From assembly GCF_004010195.1 (NCBI RefSeq), contig NC_057719.1, positions 43,988,847 to 44,052,846 on the forward strand: a stretch of 64,000 nt of DNA, read 5' to 3'. Origin of the DNA: Chiloscyllium plagiosum. Taxonomy: Eukaryota. Under the pieces are notes generated by a model, which was given only the letters and a program-made list of their open reading frames with translations, was not told the origin of the DNA and did not search any database. Positions 11,690-22,986 of the stretch are shown here, one piece after another. The stretch's first letter is position 1. Each line of letters begins with the position of its first letter. A program made the position numbers and the translations under genes.

Positions 11690-13258
11690 ACTGGGGAAAT
11701 AAATTAGGCTAAAAGGCTATTAAGTCCTTGAGACCTGATGCTTTGCATCCTATGATTTAAAATAAAGTAGCTACATAGAAAGTAGATGCACTGATAGTAA
11801 TCTTTCAGGAATCCTTAGATTCATCAAAAATCCAAGATGATTGGAAAACAGCCAATATAACATCCTTATTCAAAAGAGAGGGAGACATAAAACAGGCAAC
11901 TATAGGCCAGTTAGCTTCATATCTGTCACTGGGAATACATTTGATTGTGTTATGAAGGATGTAACAGCACAACATTTAGAAAAGCATAATAAAATCAAGC
12001 AGAATCAACATGGGTTCATGAGGGGGAAATCATGTCTGACAAATTTATTAGAGTTCTTTGAGGAGGTAACAGCAGGGTAGACAGAAGAGAACCAATAGAT
12101 ATAATATATTTGGATTTCCAAACAGTGTTTGATAAGGTACCCCATATAAGCTACTCAATAAGATGAGTCCATGGTGTTGGGAATAGAATATTTACATGGA
12201 TAGAGATTGGGCTAAGTAACAGAAGACAGAGAGTTGGGATAAAGGGACATTTTCAGGATGGCAACCTGTGCCACAGAAATGAGTGTGGGGCTACAATACA
12301 TTAATGAATTGAATGAGGGACATGAATGTTTTAACGCAAAGTTTGTAGATTATCTAATAATAGGGAGGAAGGATGACACAAAGTATCTGCAGAGGGAATT
12401 AGACAGGTTACGTGAGTTGACCAAAAGTTGGCAGATGGAACATAAATGTGGGGAAATATAAGGTTGTGCACTTTGGCAGTAGAGGAGTTTAATATTATTT
12501 GAATGGGGAAAGACTGCAGAAAACTGCAGCACAAAATGGTTTGGGGGTTATTATGCATAATACTATAAAACTCAAACAACTAGCACACAAGATCAGTGGG
12601 TAATAGGGAAGGCAAATAGATTGTTGAACTTTATTTCCTAATGAATAGAGTATAAAAATAGGGAGGTATTGCTAAAACTCCAGAAAGCACTAATTAGATC
12701 ACAACTGGAAAACTGTGAATTGTTTTGCCCCCCTTATCTATAGAAAAATATACTGGCATTGGAAGAAGTTCAGAGAAAGTTCATTAGGTTGATTCCAGGA
12801 TGGAGGAGTGTTCTTATGAGGAGAGGTTGAGTAGTTTTGGCATGCATTCATTGGAATTTAGAAGACTGAGGGTGACCTTATTGAAACATTTACAATTATT
12901 AGGGGTATTGACTGTGTAGATGCGGAGAGGTTGTATCCCTTTGTGGGAGAGTTTAGGATCAATGAGCACAATCTCAGGGTAAAGGGTTGCCCATTTAAGA
13001 CAGAGATAAGGAGGAATTCCCTCTCTCAGAGAGTAGTCAATCCATGGAATTCTTTACTCAGAGCTGTTGAGGCTAGGTTGTTAACTATAATCAAGACTGT
13101 GAAAAGCAGGTTTTTAATAAGTAAGGAAATCTAGGATTATAGGGTAAAGGCAGGAGCGGGGAGTTGAAGATTATCAGATCAGCCATGATCTTGAATAGCA
13201 GAGCAGACTTGATGGACTAAATGGCCCATTTCTGTTCCTACATCTTATAGTCTTATGA
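11690..13258 (+). mobile_element. CR1-clade LINE, 5'-truncated and decayed
   Basis: RT fragments GNYRPVS, QHGFMRGKSCLTNLLEFFEEVT, KFVD and WQME. CR1 3' tail (cttatagt)n. Confidence 0.9.
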
Positions 13259-13983
13259 CCAAATTAGCTTTCTACACATTGCAAAACTGTACTTTGAAAA
13301 GTTAAATTGAAACAAATTGTGAAAATAAATGTTGCTATTCTTTTGAAGAGTTAAATACTGCAGCTTTGCTGTGTGCACACAGGAAAAATTAGGAATTATT
13401 TTAATGCAGAATTGCTGTACATTCCATTCATATTGTTATCTCTGTGTCACTGTCCTCGGCCACCAGCACATACAGTATAAAAAGTATAAATTCTTGCATT
13501 TGTATGGCAAGGAATCATGATTAGTTCTTCCTCCCCCCAGCATTATTCCAAGAGAATCTAAAGATGGTGGCTTTTCATTCACTTAGGCTCCAGTATACAG
13601 TAGGTGAAGAACAACATTTTGGAAAAGTGTGTATGATATTAAATTAATTGTCAAGACTTCTGAAGCTAGTATCACTTGCTGCTCTTCAAATGAGTATAGG
13701 AAAATCAAGCTAGTGTTCAAATGTGTTTCACAAGCAAGAAAGATTTGCAGTGAGGAATAAATTGTATGCCCATGAAGAGAGAACAACCTAAATATTCATC
13801 ACTTCACAGTATTTCATCACAAATTCAGTTTAAACAAAAATATTTGATCCAGCTGAAAGAGAATTCTTTCGCATACCGCCTTAAGCTTTGAAATATGAAT
13901 CTAATCACTTTACATAGTTTCTCTTCCTTGGTGAATTATACATTTATAAAACAGAAATTATAAACAGAAAAGGGAATGTTTAC

Positions 13984-14158
13984 CTTCAATGACAGAGCAA
14001 GTCGATCCCTGAGGTATCCATCTTCCACTTTCATTTTCTCAATCTCTTTCTCAAGTTCTGTTCTTTGTTTACTGGCCTGGTGGAAAATCTGGTCTTTTTC
14101 TTTGGTTAGATCTGCCTTCAAAGCAGCAAAACGATGTCTATATTCTTGCTCTAGCTTG
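13984..14158 (-). CDS. NIN: Ninein coding exon (175 nt; KLEQEYRHRFAALK...LRDRLALSLK)
   Basis: TAG/GT boundaries. Phase 2 in, phase 0 out. RDRLALSLK motif. Confidence 0.95.
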
Positions 14159-15072
14159 CTAAACAATAAAGAGCACAACAATATGAACAATGTGAAACCA
14201 TTTATTTGTTGGATTACTTTTAGCTTGGGTGTTTTAGAGCAGCAGAATATTTTTAGACACATGCAAACAGACCAAAGGATTCAACTTGAAGAACTAATAT
14301 TTAGCAGCCAAATAACAAAAGAAATGTGACTTTAAGAGTTACCATTAAATTTTCATGTATATTGTGAACTTTTTCATAATCCAGACATGAAGATTTTCAG
14401 CAAATTGAAAGTACTGCTGTGTTAAATCAGATCTACTCCATATTTATGCTTTATAATCTCCCCACAATACCATCTGCCAGCACAATATCCACTTTAACAA
14501 TGGCTCTCTGCACATTCCCAACATAGCCACTATAGGAACTTTCTCAACTATTCTGTTAAGTGCTACTTCAAACAGATTGTTCTTTTTCTTGTTCTCATAA
14601 ATACATAAAATGCACTACAAGGAACATTTACTAGCAGTGTAATACATTATCTGGTGACTCATTTGATTAATCCTAATAAAACTATTAAGGGCAAGTCTTA
14701 TAATTGTTACAGAACCAGCTTCTTGTATCCCTGAAATGAATTTTCTATCTATAAATGAATCACGGGCCTGTGGAGTCTGTCTTTGGAGAAATTATATTCC
14801 AATGATTAGGAGTAGACCTTTTGAATCGATTTTACAGTGTTTAACAGTCTTCTATTTTGCTAAAGACAATTGCAGACTAATTCATCTTAAACATAAACTA
14901 ATTTTCATGTACTGCTACAAATGATATATTATTCTGGAATAGGTTATCTATAGTTTTTTTGGAGTGGTTGTAATTACCTAAATCATATGGTACAGATAAC
15001 ACAATAACTTTTTACATTCCCAATTGAATGATATATATGCTTTATTAGAAGGACAGGGATGTCTTGAATACA

Positions 15073-15255
15073 GGGAGACAGTGAGGTCTGCAGATGCTGA
15101 AGATCAGAGTTGAGAGTGTTTTGCTGGAAAAGCACAGCAGGTCAGGCAGCAGCCGAGGAGCAGGAAAATCGACATTTCGGGCTGGCCCAAAATGTCGATT
15201 TTCCTGCTCCTCGGATGCTGCCTGACCTGCTGTGCTTTTCCAGCAACACACTCTC
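15073..15255. mobile_element. Fold-back palindromic PLE terminal-repeat element with 14-bp TSD
   Basis: Inverted arms of about 72 bp (15111-15182 and 15185-15256), homologous to the PLE end at 17554-17630. TSD atgtcttgaaYaca at 15059-15072 and 15256-15269. Confidence 0.85.
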
Positions 15256-15585
15256 ATGTCTTGAACACAACATAGTGCTCAATACATTCACCTGTTGCTG
15301 TGCTGAAGCTGATCTATCCCTTCTAAAGTCAACTTGCTAACTCAGATGGAGGAAAACCAACATTTGCATCCATGCTTCTGCTAATACTTTACTTGGGCTA
15401 GGCTCAAAGTGGTGAATGACAATAATATGGGCTGTGCAGTGGCTCCAAGATTCAACGCACGTCAATTGGCATAATGGGCGAAGCAATGCACTGATTTCTG
15501 GCTTTCGATGTTGCTATTGTGCATGGACCTCAGAGGTCTGCACACTGAAAAGAAAAATTCAAGGGAGTATTGGCCTGGATTGATC

Positions 15586-15910
15586 ATCCTGTGGTCTCCA
15601 CTCTTGCACTTCATTCAGGGTTTTGGGGACTTTCCTGGCTATGTCAGTGTTTATTGCCTGTTCCTAATTGCCTTTCAGATGGTGGTGCTGAGCTGCCCTC
15701 TTCAGGTTATGGCTCCTTTGGTGTAGGTAGACACACAACGGTGTTAGCGAGGGAGTTCCAGGATTCTGACCTATCAACAGCAAAGGAACAGTGATGGATT
15801 TCCAAGTCAGAATTGTGTATGTCTTTAAGGTGAACTTGCAGTTAGTTGTATTCCCATGGATTTGCTGCCCTTGTCCTTCTGGATGGCAATGGGTGTGAGT
15901 TTCCCTTGCA
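15586..15910 (-). mobile_element. CR1/L2-group LINE 3' end fragment
   Basis: Reverse complement resembles 31170-31400 (gacttggaaa..., ggaactccct..., cagctca.caccacc). Confidence 0.65.
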
Positions 15911-16029
15911 AATAACTGATCAACCATCCTAATACAATTGTAATTCATGCATAATAAATGCAAAACTAAATTCAACTGTTAAAGGTAAAACATGCTGCAT
16001 GGACTATAGTCACAAAAGATGTTAAGTAC

Positions 16030-16170
16030 CGGAGATTGCATTCATTGAGGTGTTCTATAGCAGCATGGCGATCATCCACTTCAGAAGCCATCAAATTTTT
16101 CAGTTTTTCCGCTTTTTCTAAGTCCATTCGAAGTTTTTCTTTTTCTCTTAAAACCTGATCAACACGTTCC
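16030..16170 (-). CDS. NIN: Ninein coding exon (141 nt; ERVDQVLREKEKLRMDLEKAEKLK...ECNL)
   Basis: TAG/GT boundaries, phase 2/2. Ninein coiled-coil motif ERVDQ..REKEKLR.DL.KAEKLK..MASEVDD. Confidence 0.95.
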
Positions 16171-17613
16171 CTAAAAGAAGAAGCAATTGTGATAAACTTC
16201 ATGAAAACAATGTACTCAAATGAAATTAAATATTTTTTGTTAACGAATCATTGTACAGAAAGTAGTAATGATTTCAGGGATGTTATGGGGTGTCCTGTAC
16301 TTGGTTTATTTAAATTTCTTGAAGTAAAGGGGTAATTGATTTAACAGAATTGCTTTGTGATCCCTCATTGTTGCCATCCAGGTTACAGCAGTCAAAGCCA
16401 TCTGGAAGAATGCCCATCACTGCAAGAAGGTCAATGACCTCCTCTGCCAGTTTAAGTGCCACCATTCTCTCTCCAATACCTCACATTCACTCTCTCTGTT
16501 ATTGGATCCACTTCCACCAAGGTTCATGCTGTACCACGCTCTCTATTGCCTATACCATCTTGCCCAACCCAACATGTAATACCACTCACCCAGCATGCCC
16601 TCTGCGTGCCTACTCATTTGGGAAACCCACTCAGAAATCAACAGTAACAGCTGTGCCACCCACTTTCATCTTCCATAATATCTGCAATTTCTCTCAGTCC
16701 AGGAGGAAAACAGCTCACAATACAACAGTGAGTCATAACTGGAGGTGTACCACCCATCTTCCAGCTACTCACTGCTTATCAATAGAGGATTTTGATTCTG
16801 ATTGCCCTGAGCAGAACTGGGACTGGTCTCAGAAGTTGCTGTTGACTTAAAGTACTGGGAAGCCTGAGCAATAGTTATCACTCTTGACTAGACTGAAGCC
16901 TGCTGACAATGATAACAAGCTTCCTGACTCTGTTTTGTGCTACATGGCATAGTAAGATACTAGTAATATGAGCCTGGTATCTCTGGCTGAAGGGACAATA
17001 TACGAAAATGCAAGGTAAGGTAATGTACAGCAGGGATGCTGTGAGCATCCAGGTAGGCTCAGAGTAAGTAAACGCAATGTCAGGAAGCACACGATCTGGA
17101 CCTGATGACAGGCTAGGTGCATGCCCGTGATCATACAGTGTTCTTGCTGCAGCGTTAAAGCAATGGGTGTTAGACTGGCCTGAGGTGTAATAATTGAAGT
17201 CATGAAGCATCCTGTAAATGGATCAGAGAAATGCCATAAGGTTTGCAGAAACTAGCACACGTTGGATACCAACATCCACGTAGCCAATGTCCGTAGTGTA
17301 TGCCTGAAATGGAGGTTTTATTTGGAGCAAGTAGCAAGTTGTACGTAGTTTCCATGTTGAGGTTTCCTCACAGCTAGTTTGTACAATGATTTTTGACAAG
17401 ATCACACCCGGTGGCAAGTTAGGCTGTTAACAAGGCATTTAACAAGCAATAATGAGCATTACTTAGGAACATTCCTCTGTCTGGTGGGAATCTCACTACA
17501 CCACATAAAAAAGGTGAACAATGTGCGGCAAGGTGATCTTGATGTCGAGATGTGAGCTGAAAATGTGTTGCTGGAAAAGCACAGCAGGTCAGGCAGCATC
17601 CAAGGAACAGGAG

Positions 17614-17649
17614 AATCGACATTTCGGGCATGAGCCCTTCTTCAGGAAT
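17614..17649 (-). ncRNA. Minimal type I hammerhead ribozyme motif in the PLE pseudo-LTR
   Basis: AUUC CUGAAGA A GGGC-UCAU-GCCC GAAA UGUC^ GAUU. Confidence 0.8.
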
Positions 17650-18026
17650 GAGGAAAGTGTGTCCAGCAGGCTAAGATAAAAGGTAGGGAGGAGGGACTTG
17701 GGGGAGGGGCGTTGGAAATGCGATAGGTGGAAGGAGGTCAAGGTGAGGGTGATAGGCTGGAGTGGGGGTAGGGGCGGAGAGGTTAGGAAGAAGATTGCAG
17801 GTTAGGAAGGCGGTGCTGAGTTCGAGGGATTTGACTGAGACAAGGTGGGGAGAGGGGAAATGAGGAAACTGGAGAAATCTGAGTTCATCCCTTGTGGTTG
17901 GAGCGTTCCTAGGCAGAAGATGAGGCACTCTTTCTCCAGCCGTCGTGTTGCTATGGTCTGGCAATGGAGGAGGCCAAGGACCTGCATGTCCTTGGTAGAG
18001 TGGGAGGGGGAGTTGAAGTGTTGAGC

Positions 18027-18397
18027 NNNNNNNNNNNNNNNNNNNNNNNNNNNNNNNNNNNNNNNNNNNNNNNNNNNNNNNNNNNNNNNNNNNNNNNNNN
18101 NNNNNNNNNNNNNNNNNNNNNNNNNNNNNNNNNNNNNNNNNNNNNNNNNNNNNNNNNNNNNNNNNNNNNNNNNNNNNNNNNNNNNNNNNNNNNNNNNNNN
18201 NNNNNNNNNNNNNNNNNNNNNNNNNNNNNNNNNNNNNNNNNNNNNNNNNNNNNNNNNNNNNNNNNNNNNNNNNNNNNNNNNNNNNNNNNNNNNNNNNNNN
18301 NNNNNNNNNNNNNNNNNNNNNNNNNNNNNNNNNNNNNNNNNNNNNNNNNNNNNNNNNNNNNNNNNNNNNNNNNNNNNNNNNNNNNNNNNNNNNNNNA
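18027..18397. other. Assembly gap (371 N)
   Basis: Run of N. Confidence 1.
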
Positions 18398-20006
18398 TGG
18401 GTTGGCGTTTTTACAGGGGGCAGGATGGGAGGAGGTGTAGTCCAGGTAGCTGTGGGAGTCGGTTGGTTTGTAGTAGATGTCCGTGTTGATTCGGTCGCCT
18501 GAGGTAGAAATAGATAGGTCGAGGAAGGGGAGGGAGGAATCTGGGACTGTCCAGGTGAATTTGAGGTCGGGGTGGAAGGTGTTGGTGAAGTGGATGAACT
18601 GTTCAACCTCCTCGTGGGAGCACGAGGGAGCGCCGATACAGTCATCGATGTAGCGGCGGAAAAGGTGGGGGGTGGTGCCAGTGTAGCTGCGGAAGATGGA
18701 CTGTTCCACATATCCAATGAAGAGGCAGGCATAGCTGGGGCCCATGCGGGTGCCCATGGCTACTCCTTTGGTTTGGAGGAAGTGGGAGGATTGGAAAGAG
18801 AAGTTGTTCAGGGTGAGGACCAGTTCAGTCAGTTGAAGGAGGGTGTCAGTGGAAGGGTACTGGTTGGTACGGTGGGAAAGGAAGAAGCGGAGGGCTTTGA
18901 GTCCTTCGTGATGGCGAATTGAGGTGTACAGGGACTGGATGACCATGGTAAAGATAAGGCGTTGGGGACCGGGGAAGCAAAAATCGTGGAGGAGGTGAAG
19001 GGCGTGGTTGGTGTCCCGAACATAGGTGGGGAGTTCTTGGACTAAGGGGGACAGGACCGTATCGAGGTATGCAGAGATGAGTTCGGTCGGGCAGGAGCAG
19101 GCTGAGACAATGGGTCGGCCGGGGCAGTCAGGTTTGTGGATTTTGGGCAGGAGGTAGAAACGGGCGGTGCCGGGTTGTGGGACTATGAGGTTGGAGGCGG
19201 TGGATGGGAGATCCCCTGAGGTGATGAGGTTATGGATGGTCTGGGAGATGATGGTTTGGTGGTGGGAGGGGGTCATGGTCAAGGGGGCAGTAGGAGGAGG
19301 TGTCCGCGAGCTGGCATTTAGCCTCAGCGGTGTAAAGTTTGGTGCGCCCAACTACTACTGCGCCCCCCTTGTCTGCCGGTTTGATAGTGAGGTTGGGGTT
19401 GGAACGGAGGGAGTGGAGGGCTGCACGTTCCGAGGGTGAGAGGTTGGAGTGGGTGAGAGGGGTGGAGAGGTTGAGGCGGTTAATGTCGCAGCGGCAGTTG
19501 GCTATGAAGAGATCGAGGGCAGGTAAGAGGCCAGCATGGGGTGTCCAGGTGGATGGGGTGTGTTGGAGCCGGGAGAAGGGGTTGTCAGAGGGTGGGCGAG
19601 AATCCTGGTTGAAGAAGTAGGCACGGAGGCGAAGGCGGCAGAAGAATTGTTTGATGTCACGCCGCGTGTTGAACTCGTTAATCCGAGAGCATAGGGGAAT
19701 GAAGGTGAGGACACCTTTATGAATTTCTCTCACGATTCTATCATTCACCTCGCCAAAGCCCACATCACTTAGGGCCTGATAAGGTTCCACCCTGTATTTC
19801 TACCAGAAAGAAAATTCAAACAAAAATAAACTGAAAGAAAAAGTAAAATAGAGAAATGAGTAGGAAAGTATTCAGCTCACCTATATCAGGCTTCAGAAGT
19901 TGGATCAGCTAAAAATACAATGACACTAATGTAATCAGTGTCCATAAATCAGTATATGAACAAAGAAAAGTGCAGGCATATGCAAAAGAAATGTGAAAGA
20001 ATTCTT

Positions 20007-20052
20007 TAGATTAGATTAGATTAGATTACTTACAGTGTGGAAACTGGCCCTT
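20007..20052 (-). mobile_element. Extremely truncated HE1/HER1 3' tail
   Basis: Nearly identical to 7682-7724: (ttaga)n ttacttacagtgtggaaac.ggcccttc. Confidence 0.75.
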
Positions 20053-20093
20053 CTTTTATTCTATCTTACAAAAAAAAGAAACAATTGACTTAC

Positions 20094-20230
20094 TTTAAAT
20101 GTCTAATCTCATTTTTGAAGCTGGCCAGAACAGCTTGGTGGATTCCATTCTTTGTTATCACGAGCTCGTTCTCCAAAGCCAGGGTAAGTTCTGTCAGGTT
20201 GACCTTCCCATACAGATCAAAATCCAAGGT
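20094..20230 (-). CDS. NIN: Ninein coding exon (137 nt; TLDFDLYGKVNLTELTLALENEL...EIRHL)
   Basis: CAG acceptor and GTAAGT donor. NLTELTLALENEL motif. Phase 0 in, phase 2 out. Confidence 0.95.
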
Positions 20231-20400
20231 CTGTAAACAGTGAGCACTTATGTTGGCCATCATGTAGAATCCAGCAAGCACATCACCATTAATGAGAGGC
20301 ATGTAATTCTCACATCCATTCAAAGCGATCATAATAAAATGTAAACAAGTTTGTACAATTAAGCATTTTTTCACCCAAAGATTTTCATCTGTTGTCATAC

Positions 20401-20568
20401 CTTTAGAATTTCAAGGCCATTTTCAATTCCTTCATCTTGCCAGGTATCCAAGATCTGATCTGCTGAAGTGTAACCTGTCCCATCGTCCAAGCATGAAAAT
20501 AGACGAAGGCCAATAGTACTAGTCATAGCAGATGGGGTAGCAGTGCGCCGGCCGCTTTCATCAAATGG
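20401..20568 (-). CDS. NIN: Ninein coding exon (168 nt; PFDESGRRTATPSAMTSTIGLRLFSCLDDG...EILK)
   Basis: Hand translation. TAG/GT boundaries, phase 0/0. Near-identical to the recalled mammalian FDESGRRT..SAMTSTIG segment. Confidence 0.95.
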
Positions 20569-21102
20569 CTAACCCAGGAACAGGAAAAGAAAAATACAGT
20601 GACTTTACTTACTGATTTGAACTTGTGACTTAGCAACAAGACCTGTTTAGCTGGCCTTCCAAATGTGCTGTAAAGCCTCCCCCTTACCCTTGCTATATGA
20701 ATCTGAACTCCCATACAGAAATGACATTGGTCTCAGCATCTGTCCCTCTCACCAAGGAGTTCACTGGAGAAGCAAATGAGGAACTGAAGACATAGATTCC
20801 CAGGCATCACCATATGATTAATTACCAGATCTACTGTGGGTGCAAATCCCACACCATTAGAAATTGTCATGTCTGAATGAAGTAAATGTTTCATTCCACA
20901 GTTCCCGTCCCATTTGCACTGACAGAAATTTCAGCATCTGGGAGAGGAAAGATTGAGCTTGGCATAACCAGAACTTCCAAATTCTCAAACTTAGTAGGAT
21001 AGGGAAATGTTTAATCCCATTAACCTGTTTCACTGATACACTGAATGCAATTTGTGTTAGTTCTCTTGTTTGACTACCAACTCCATGAAAACTATTATAT
21101 AT

Positions 21103-21234
21103 TAAAAAAAATTGCAGATGCTGGAAATCTTAAACAAAGAAATTGCTAGAGAAATTCAGCAGATCTGGTAGCATCTATGGAGAGAAAGCAGAGTTAATGT
21201 TTCAAGTCCATTGACTCTTCATCAGAACCTCTTC
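21103..21234 (-). mobile_element. Short PLE pseudo-LTR insertion beginning with a hammerhead motif (21191-21231)
   Basis: GAGGUU CUGAUGA A GAGUC-AAUG-GACUU GAAA CAUU^ AACUC, then the ...ccagcatctgca tail. aaactatta repeated at 21089-21097 and 21235-21243. Confidence 0.75.
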
Positions 21235-21577
21235 AAACTATTAAAAGGGTCTGAGAAAGCAAAGGCTTAGATCACCTCCACTTAGTAAATGAAAATTGGG
21301 ACCCAGGTTTACAGAAGGGTTGTTCATACCCACATCTCCCAATTATATTGTCAACGTTCTTCAAGTTTAGATAATTTTTCCTTGCCTTTGCTCCCCATTC
21401 CTCCTAACTTTTTTCCATTTACAAACTCATCTTTCTTTATTCTTCCACTTATCTGTTGAATCTTTAGGCTAATTATAAACGATCTAAATATTTCAGCATG
21501 TATAGATACACTCTCACACTCCTGACTAGATGAGTGGCTTGGCTTCAGGAATGCAGAGGTGGTGAACTCAGGAAAAA

Positions 21578-21647
21578 CTGATCAAGCGATAATGAGGAAG
21601 TATCGACAAAAACCTGATCAAGCGATAATGAGGAAGTATTGACAAAA
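21578..21647. repeat. 36-bp tandem duplication
   Basis: ctgatcaagcgataatgaggaagtatYgacaaaa occurs twice. Confidence 0.9.
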
Positions 21648-21815
21648 GATTTTCTTCTTTCAGTGAAATGATATCAAGTGCGGAGTGAGAAAGTGATCTT
21701 GGAATTTTAGTTAAACTAATGTTTTAAAAAATATATCAACTGAAAAGTCAGTCCAACTGAATGCACGTATGAAACCACTGAAATACCATTCAGTTATCTA
21801 AGCTATCTTCATTAC

Positions 21816-21956
21816 CTGCTGAGAGTGATGCCTCTTTAGTTGTCTGTAAGGAGTGGAAGCAGATGAAGGAGTTGATTTTTTAAAGATGGCATAAATGAAA
21901 TCTTCAAGACGCATTAATCCATCTTGATCTAGTTTTTGAAATATGTCATCCAGAAT
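21816..21956 (-). CDS. NIN: Ninein coding exon (141 nt; ILDDIFQKLDQDGLMRLEDF...SASTPYRQLKRHHSQQ)
   Basis: Hand translation, not in the ORF track. TAG/GT boundaries. EF-hand-like LDxDG plus the ninein motif SASTPYRQLKRH. Confidence 0.95.
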
Positions 21957-22986
21957 CTATAATACAGAATCAAGTGTTCAAAATCTCAATGTAATAAAAA
22001 ACCAACAAAGGTAACAAATTCTGTAGCTGTATAAAAACATAGCTTCTTTAAAACATATATTCTATTCCTATTTTCTAACTTACTATGTTTAATCACAAAT
22101 GCAGAAGATCCTGCTTTCAGATATTATGATTTCACTTTATAGTTTAACTCAATAAAACTCTGAATTTGCTCAGAAGATCAAAATAGCCATGAATTTAGAG
22201 TCAGAGTCATTATTTCATGAGTTTATGTAATAATTTATTCTTTGCATTTCTCATGTTACATCTTTGCTGATCTGTTTATTGTCTCACTCTTACAATGAGT
22301 TTGTGAACTACTGGGGCCTCTGCATTAGGTTCTGTCAGTAAAAATTCTTAATAATGATAACCCAATGATGCATGTTCAGACTTTGTGGTGTTACGTCGAA
22401 GTAGCAAAATACAGCTTTGTCCCCACTGAGTTGCAAAACCGGGTTGCTATTTAGTTGTTCCACTAGCAGGGACAAAACACCAAAAGAAAGCTGACTGATA
22501 GGAGTTAATCCTGAAGGCCAGATAAACCACCATAATCTGGCTGAAGGAGAGCACTGGCAGATCTAAACATTAATCTCTGATGGGGAATAAATTTGTGTTG
22601 AAGAAACTTAAACTAGAAGTACTTTACAAAAACACAATGGGACTGTTAAAACAAAAGTAAGAAACCCGGGAAACTATAACTTAGACTTTGATTTGAATAA
22701 TATTCTAACTTAATTATCTTCAGTATAAAATGAGCTGTTCTATTATTTTTGCTGTGCTATTTGCAGCATTGATTATATTTTCTATAAAAATAAATACATT
22801 TTATCCATTTACATAGAAACATAACAAAAATGAATCTGCCTGTCTACTTTGGATTCCAGCATCTGCAGTTTTGTTTGTCCCGAACCATATTAGGAAGACA
22901 TACTGGGATCAACCAAAATCTTAGCCACTAGCAAGTATAGGGTCAATCCCATGGATTGTACTTTACGAAAATAAAATATTGAGAAT

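Larger units (their letters stand above)
17554..19710 (-). mobile_element. Young Penelope-like retroelement (RT plus GIY-YIG C-terminus plus 3' pseudo-LTR), 5'-truncated, with an assembly gap
   Basis: PLE RT motifs ARFYLLPKIHK, PGRPIVS, GVAMGTRMGPSYACLF, RYIDD, FLDL and DIYYKPTDSHSYL. Endonuclease end RRLEKECLIFCLGTLQPQGMN. Frameshift near 19260. High GC and CpG retention relative to the flanks. Confidence 0.93.
16330..19790 (-). mobile_element. Decayed Harbinger-like DNA transposon, split by the Penelope insertion
   Basis: 17330-17550 plus 19712-19790 align by eye with 54780-55035 (aagttaggctgtt, gatcttga...gagat, gattctatcatt, gcctgat). Weak HARBI1-like peptides at 16850-17110. Confidence 0.45.

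Noticed and set aside
15045..15340. Two near-identical ORFs on opposite strands (also at 60358-60683)
   Set aside because: A consequence of the palindromic repeat, not proteins.
17671..18732. 353-aa and 158-aa ORFs spanning the Ns
   Set aside because: Artefacts of the assembly gap and of alternative frames of the GC-rich PLE.
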